Shown one piece after another: positions 41,387 through 46,014 of a DNA stretch of 46,014 bases. The notes under the pieces were generated by a model. The model worked only from the letters and a program-made list of their open reading frames with translations, made no database searches and was not told where the DNA came from. A program made the position numbers and the translations under genes. The stretch lies in the NCBI GenBank assembly GCA_016219105.1, contig JACRCI010000047.1, positions 1-46,014 on the forward strand. The letters are read 5' to 3'. The stretch is from Deltaproteobacteria bacterium. GTDB lineage: Bacteria > Desulfobacterota > GWC2-55-46 > DRQE01. Positions within the stretch are counted from its first letter, which is position 1. Every line of letters begins with the position of its first letter.

Positions 41387-43102
41387 CTACTTCGTTGCGC
41401 CGGCCGCATTGGGCCGGGCCTTGCTTCCGGCGAGCGTAAGCAGTTCCATCGCGTGCTTCCTCGCGGTCTCGGTTATCTTCGCCCCGGCAAGAAGGCGGGC
41501 CACGTGTTCGACCCTTTCCCCGGCCGCGAGCCTTTTAACCCTCGTAACCGTCCTTTTCTCCCCGTCCGCCACCTTCTCGACGAAATAATGGGCGTCGGCG
41601 AACGCGGCTATCTGCGCCAGATGCGTTATGCATATCACCTGATGCGCCGCGGACGCCACCTTGAGCTTGCCTCCGACGGCCTCGGCCATCCTTGCCCCTA
41701 TGCCGGTATCAACCTCGTCGAATATGAGCGTCGGGACCCTGCCGGCTGAGCTAAGGGATTTCATCGCGAGCATTATCCTCGAAAGCTCCCCTCCGGAGGC
41801 TATGCGCGAAAGCGGCTTCGTCTCCTCCCCGGGGTTGGGCGATATGAGGAAGATGACCCTGTCCGCGCCCTTTTCCCCGAAACGCGGGGTCGAATCCGGG
41901 TTCCTCTCGACTTGAACGACCGCCTCAAAGACCGTCCCGGCCATGCCGAGTTCCTTGAGCTCCCTCTCCATCCCCTTTTTAAGCTCTTTCGCCTTTTTAA
42001 GCCTCGCCTCAGTAAGCGCCGCGGCTGCGGACGCGGCTGAAGATGCGGCCTTTTCCATCTCTCCCCTTACGGCGACGAGCCTTTCGTCATGGCCGGATAT
42101 GGCCCTGAGCGTTTCCCCTATGGCCTTTTTCTTCTCGAGTATTTCTTTAATGGTAGCGCCGTATTTTTTCCTGAGTCTCGCTATGCAGTCGAGCCTCGAT
42201 TCGATTTCCTCGATCCGTGCCGGGTCGCCCTCGCACCCCGATGAGTAGTCCCTCAAAAAGCCGGCCGCGTCTTCGAGCTCATACCGCGCGGCCTCGATCC
42301 TGCGGCATTGGTCCTCAAGCCTTAAGTCAAACCTGGAGGCGTCCTTAAGCTCCCTTGCCATGCCCGCGAGCTTTTCGATTACCGAGGCCTCGCCGGAGTA
42401 AAGGGCCTCTTCCGCCCCGTGGGTCGCGGCGCGGAGCCTTTCAATATTTTTAAGCCTCTCCCCCTCGGCCCTGAGGGCCTCTTCCTCCCCCTCTTTAAGC
42501 CCAGCCTCCTCTATCTCGCCAAACTGAAATTCAAGGAGTTCCAAGTCCGAGGCGGCCTTTCTCGCGCCTTCCGTAAGCGCGTCAAGTTCGCGTTTAAGCG
42601 CCGACCACCGAGCGAACGCATCGCTCATGGCTCGCCTCAGGTCCCCGAGACAACCGAACGCGTCCAGCATCTCGACGTGGTCCTCGTCCCTTGCAAGCGA
42701 CTGGTGCTCGCTCTGGCCGCATACGTCCACGAGACGGCTTCCCACGTCGGCAAGGGCGGAAAGGGTGGAGATGCAGCCGTTTATGAAAACCCTGTTTTTG
42801 CCGCCCCTTGTGATGAGCCTCTTTATCACGAGCGTATCCGAATGAGGGATCCCCGAGGATTCGAGCGCGGGACGCAGCCCCGGGTTCTCCGACACGTCGA
42901 ACATCGCCTCGACCCGCGCCTCCTCCTTTGCGCTCCTTATCATCTCGTTGGACGCCCTGTCGCCGAGTATCAGGTCTATGGCGCCGATGATTATGGATTT
43001 GCCCGCGCCGGTCTCCCCGGTGAACACGTTGAGGCCCGGAGCGAACTCTATCGAAAGGTCGGCGATTATAGCGAGGTCTTTTATATTGAGTTCAAGCAGC
43101 AT
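41387..43102 (-). CDS. recN: DNA repair protein RecN
   Basis: TGETGAGKS, ASGGELSR, FDEVDTG and CITHLAQIA motifs. Confidence 0.96.
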   Translation of the reverse strand: MLLELNIKDLAIIADLSIEFAPGLNVFTGETGAGKSIIIGAIDLILGDRASNEMIRSAKEEARVEAMFDVSENPGLRPALESSGIPHSDTLVIKRLITRGGKNRVFINGCISTLSALADVGSRLVDVCGQSEHQSLARDEDHVEMLDAFGCLGDLRRAMSDAFARWSALKRELDALTEGARKAASDLELLEFQFGEIEEAGLKEGEEEALRAEGERLKNIERLRAATHGAEEALYSGEASVIEKLAGMARELKDASRFDLRLEDQCRRIEAARYELEDAAGFLRDYSSGCEGDPARIEEIESRLDCIARLRKKYGATIKEILEKKKAIGETLRAISGHDERLVAVRGEMEKAASSAASAAAALTEARLKKAKELKKGMERELKELGMAGTVFEAVVQVERNPDSTPRFGEKGADRVIFLISPNPGEETKPLSRIASGGELSRIMLAMKSLSSAGRVPTLIFDEVDTGIGARMAEAVGGKLKVASAAHQVICITHLAQIAAFADAHYFVEKVADGEKRTVTRVKRLAAGERVEHVARLLAGAKITETARKHAMELLTLAGSKARPNAAGATK

Positions 43103-43120
43103 CTTTTAGGCCGTCGTCCC

Positions 43121-43136
43121 TGAACGGAATGCCCGC
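43121..43136 (-). repeat. 16-bp remnant of the right end of the 140-bp repeat
   Basis: GCGGGCATTCCGTTCA is identical to 500-515 and to the reverse complement of 23152-23167. Confidence 0.6.
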
Positions 43137-43990
43137 TATCTTCTGGGCTCCCACATGAGCCGCTCCCTCATGACGTCGAAGTAGCTCTTTCCGTTGCCCC
43201 TTATGAGGTATACGTTTTCCTCGGCCCTTCTCGCCTCGATGACGTCCCCGGCCTTAAGCGGCATGTCAACCTGCCCGTCGAGCGTAAGCACGGTCTCAAG
43301 GTGTTCGCTGCCAAGTTCCACGGCGACGGTCATCCTGTCCGGTATGACCACCGGACGGTTGGTGAGGTTGAAAGGGCATATCGGCACGATGATGATGGAA
43401 TGGATCGTGGGGTAGAGGATGGGGCCGAAGGCCGAAAGGGAATAGCCCGTCGAGCCGGTGGGGGTGGCGACTATAAGCCCGTCGGCCCGGTAGGTCGTGA
43501 CATACTCTTCGTCTATGCGCACATCGAGCTTGAGGAGCCGCGCTATCGTACCCCTTATGACGGCGTCGTTAAGGACCCTGTAATCCGCTATCCTCTTGCC
43601 CCCCCTCATTATGCCGACCGAGAGCATCATCCTCTCTTCTATCTCGCACTTGCCCTTCAATGCCTTCTCGAGACAGGCATACGCGTCCGTTGCGGTGGCC
43701 GCGGTCAGGAATCCGAGCCCTCCCATGTTTATGCCGAGTATAGGTATCTTCCTGCCTCCGACGAGCCTCGCGGCATAGAGCATCGTTCCATCCCCTCCGA
43801 GCACGAGGACGGCCTCGACCGCGTCGGGCATCTCCTCGCGCGAGACCTTTTTGACGGCGCTTACGCGCTTTGATATCTCCCCGTCGCCGTAGACCTCGAC
43901 GCCCCTTGCGTTGAGCCACCCGGTCACCTCGGCGCAGAACTTCACGACCTCCGGGTTTATAAGTTTCGCGACAAGCCCTATCTTTTTCAT
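43136..43990 (-). CDS. nadK: NAD(+) kinase
   Basis: LGGDGT, GINMGGLGFL, LND and DGLIVATPTGSTGYSLSA motifs; conserved nadK-recN synteny. Confidence 0.95.
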   Translation of the reverse strand: MKKIGLVAKLINPEVVKFCAEVTGWLNARGVEVYGDGEISKRVSAVKKVSREEMPDAVEAVLVLGGDGTMLYAARLVGGRKIPILGINMGGLGFLTAATATDAYACLEKALKGKCEIEERMMLSVGIMRGGKRIADYRVLNDAVIRGTIARLLKLDVRIDEEYVTTYRADGLIVATPTGSTGYSLSAFGPILYPTIHSIIIVPICPFNLTNRPVVIPDRMTVAVELGSEHLETVLTLDGQVDMPLKAGDVIEARRAEENVYLIRGNGKSYFDVMRERLMWEPRR

Positions 43991-44012
43991 TCCCTGCCGT
44001 TCCTCTCTTCCC

Positions 44013-45035
44013 TTATCTCTGCGGCTCTATTATTACCTTCATTGATTCGCCGGCCCCGCTAACGAGCCTGAAGCCGGTCTGCGTCTCATCGAGGCCGAGC
44101 CTGTGGGTTATCATGTCTTTTACCGTAACGGCGCCGGATGAGATGAGGTCGAGCGCCGTAAGGGTGTCGGCCGGGGCCGAGGCGTATGTGTTTTTAATGG
44201 TAACGCCCGCCTGCCATATCCTGAAAAGCGGCATAGGGTAAGTCGCCTCCGGCTCCTTGGGCGCGAAGAAAATCACGCACCCCCCCCTCTCCACGCTCTC
44301 TATGGCCTGCGCTATCGCCGGGTCGTGGGCCACGCACAGAAAGACTATGTCCGAGAGTCTGCCGGAGGCCTCCATTATCGCGGCCGCCGAGTCGTCCTCG
44401 GCCTTGAGCGTCAGGTCGGCGCCGAATCTTTTCGCCTGGGCGAGCCTGAAGTCGTTTATGTCCGTTGCCGCGATAAACCCGGCGCCGAGCGCCCTTGCGA
44501 GCTTTACGTGCAAAAGCCCGGATACGCCCGAGCCTATGACGAGGACGCTTTTGCCGGGGCCCATCCCGGCCATACGCATGCCCCTTAAAACGCATCCGAG
44601 CGGCTCTGAAAAGGTCCCTTCCTCGAAGCTTACCGATTCGGACAGATGAAAAACCCCGCGGTCAACGTTTATCGCCGGGACCCTCACGTATTCGCAAAAC
44701 CCGCCGGGGTCGAAATTGGTCTTCCTCAGGGTGTCGCACACGGTATGGTTGCCGGCGAGGCAATGTCTGCACGTGTTGCACGGGACGTGGTGGGCGACCG
44801 TCACCCGGTCGCCTTTTTTAAACGAGGAGACGGCGCCTCCGGCTTCCTCCACGGTCCCGGCGACCTCGTGGCCGAGGACGAGCGGGGCCTTTTTCAGCCG
44901 GTACCACTCCATTACGTCCGAGCCGCAGATGCCCGCGGCCTCTATCCTGACGAGTATCTCTCCGTCTTTTATGGAAGGCCTCGGCAGGACCTCAACCCGC
45001 ACGTCCCTGTTGTTGTAATAAACGGCGGCCCTCAT
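44013..45035 (-). CDS. Zinc-dependent medium-chain (polyol/iditol-like) dehydrogenase
   Basis: GICGSD, GHE, CxxCxxC...C structural zinc site, EPLGC and IGSGVSG. Confidence 0.88.
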   Translation of the reverse strand: MRAAVYYNNRDVRVEVLPRPSIKDGEILVRIEAAGICGSDVMEWYRLKKAPLVLGHEVAGTVEEAGGAVSSFKKGDRVTVAHHVPCNTCRHCLAGNHTVCDTLRKTNFDPGGFCEYVRVPAINVDRGVFHLSESVSFEEGTFSEPLGCVLRGMRMAGMGPGKSVLVIGSGVSGLLHVKLARALGAGFIAATDINDFRLAQAKRFGADLTLKAEDDSAAAIMEASGRLSDIVFLCVAHDPAIAQAIESVERGGCVIFFAPKEPEATYPMPLFRIWQAGVTIKNTYASAPADTLTALDLISSGAVTVKDMITHRLGLDETQTGFRLVSGAGESMKVIIEPQR

Positions 45036-45844
45036 CACGCGGTCTTCTTCTTTTGCTGTTTCCGGGCCGAGAGCGTTTTAAAGAGGTCGTATGCTTTCTC
45101 CGGCGTTGCGTTATTGTGGACGACCTCCCTGACGGCCTTTATCATGGCGACCGGGTTTTCGGACTGGAATATGTTACGCCCCATGTCAACCCCGACCGCG
45201 CCCCTTTTAACGGCGTTATAAGAGAGCTCGAGCGCGTCCTTTTCCGCGATCTTTTTTCCGCCCGCTATGACGACCGGCACGGGGCAGGCCCTTACGACCT
45301 TTTCAAAGTCCTCGCAGTAGTAGGTCTTGACTATATGCGCACCGAGTTCGGCCGCTATCCTGCAGGCAAGCCCCAGGTAGCGCGCGTCCCTGACCATGTC
45401 CTTGCCCACGGCCGTGACCGCGACGACCGGTATCCCGCACTCCTCGGCCTCGTCAATGAGGTCCGCCATGGCAAGGAGCGTCTGCCTCTCGTTCGCGGCT
45501 CCGACGAAGATGGAGAGCGCCACCCCGGCGACGTTAAGGCGTATCGCGTCGTTCATCGAGACGGTAAGACCCTCGTCCGAGAGGTCGTCTTTAAGGACGC
45601 TCGTGCCGCCGGAGACCCTGAGGACGACCGGGACGTCCATTGACGGGTCAACGCACCTCCTCAATACCCCTCTTGTGAGCATCAGCGTGTCGGCGTAGGG
45701 AAGAAGCGGCTCTATGGTCTTGCGCGGCTCCTCAAGCCCTGTCGTGGGACCCAGAAAATACCCGTGGTCAACGGCCAACATGACTGTCCTGCCGTCGGAC
45801 GGCCTGATTATGCGGGACAGACGGTTCTTCATTCCCCAGTCCAT
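45035..45844 (-). CDS. lsrF: LsrF-like class I aldolase/thiolase (DhnA family)
   Basis: [46 protein letters not shown] and [10 protein letters not shown]; AGGAGG RBS. Confidence 0.88.
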   Translation of the reverse strand: MDWGMKNRLSRIIRPSDGRTVMLAVDHGYFLGPTTGLEEPRKTIEPLLPYADTLMLTRGVLRRCVDPSMDVPVVLRVSGGTSVLKDDLSDEGLTVSMNDAIRLNVAGVALSIFVGAANERQTLLAMADLIDEAEECGIPVVAVTAVGKDMVRDARYLGLACRIAAELGAHIVKTYYCEDFEKVVRACPVPVVIAGGKKIAEKDALELSYNAVKRGAVGVDMGRNIFQSENPVAMIKAVREVVHNNATPEKAYDLFKTLSARKQQKKKTA

Positions 45845-45962
45845 AAAATTGCCTCCTTTTTCAGCTTTTGTCCGTGCAAATCCGTCAAGGGTATAGATTT
45901 TACTAAAATAAAAGATAATAGGCAAGGGGGTTGGAGTCAATTTAATTTTTGGAAAAGGTTAT

Positions 45963-46014
45963 ATGGACATGCCCGTTAAGAGGGATGAGGGGGGCTTCTT
46001 TTTGTCATGCACGG
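45963..46014 (+). CDS. Possible 5' end of a divergent gene (truncated by window edge)
   Basis: ATG after AAAAGG, open to the window end (MDMPVKRDEGGFFLSCT); too short to identify. Confidence 0.3.
   Translation, partial: MDMPVKRDEGGFFLSCT

Overview
GC-rich bacterial chromosomal window of mostly housekeeping genes. Gene content and style suggest a Desulfobacterota/deltaproteobacterial MAG-type genome (inference). In order: the 3' end of an ISNCY/IS1202-like transposase and a nest of small mobile or palindromic elements (1-515); an ion-transporter-superfamily permease; hemW-hrcA-grpE-dnaJ (no dnaK, no CIRCE); an LpoA-like protein; dksA; galT-GAF kinase-receiver-NDUFA9-like-tRNA-Ala(CGC)-maf; zupT; ligA; a LuxR-HTH/Rossmann/GAF/GGDEF protein; a YkuK-like protein; gyrB plus an NYN/cold-shock protein; tatBC; two divergent polysaccharide deacetylases; resB-like; psiE-like; tldD; rarA-ACT-def; a BirA-operator-controlled bioBFHCAD operon; an aconitase interrupted by one in-frame TAG; and lsrF-Zn dehydrogenase-nadK-recN-GNAT-pmbA. 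The most unusual signal is a family of about 13 copies of a 21-nt hairpin-plus-tail repeat (CCGNN-RNG-NNCGG-CTGGYGGG) with compensatory stem changes. It lies in intergenic DNA and, always preserving the frame, inside hemW, bioH, rarA and a deacetylase gene, where each copy adds 7 residues. Also notable: the amber-interrupted aconitase, a possibly DNA-binding diguanylate cyclase with a palindrome abutting its own -35, a duplicated IS200/IS605-like miniature element carrying a nested REP, and several apparently leaderless promoters. All calls come from motif recognition only; no database searches were run.
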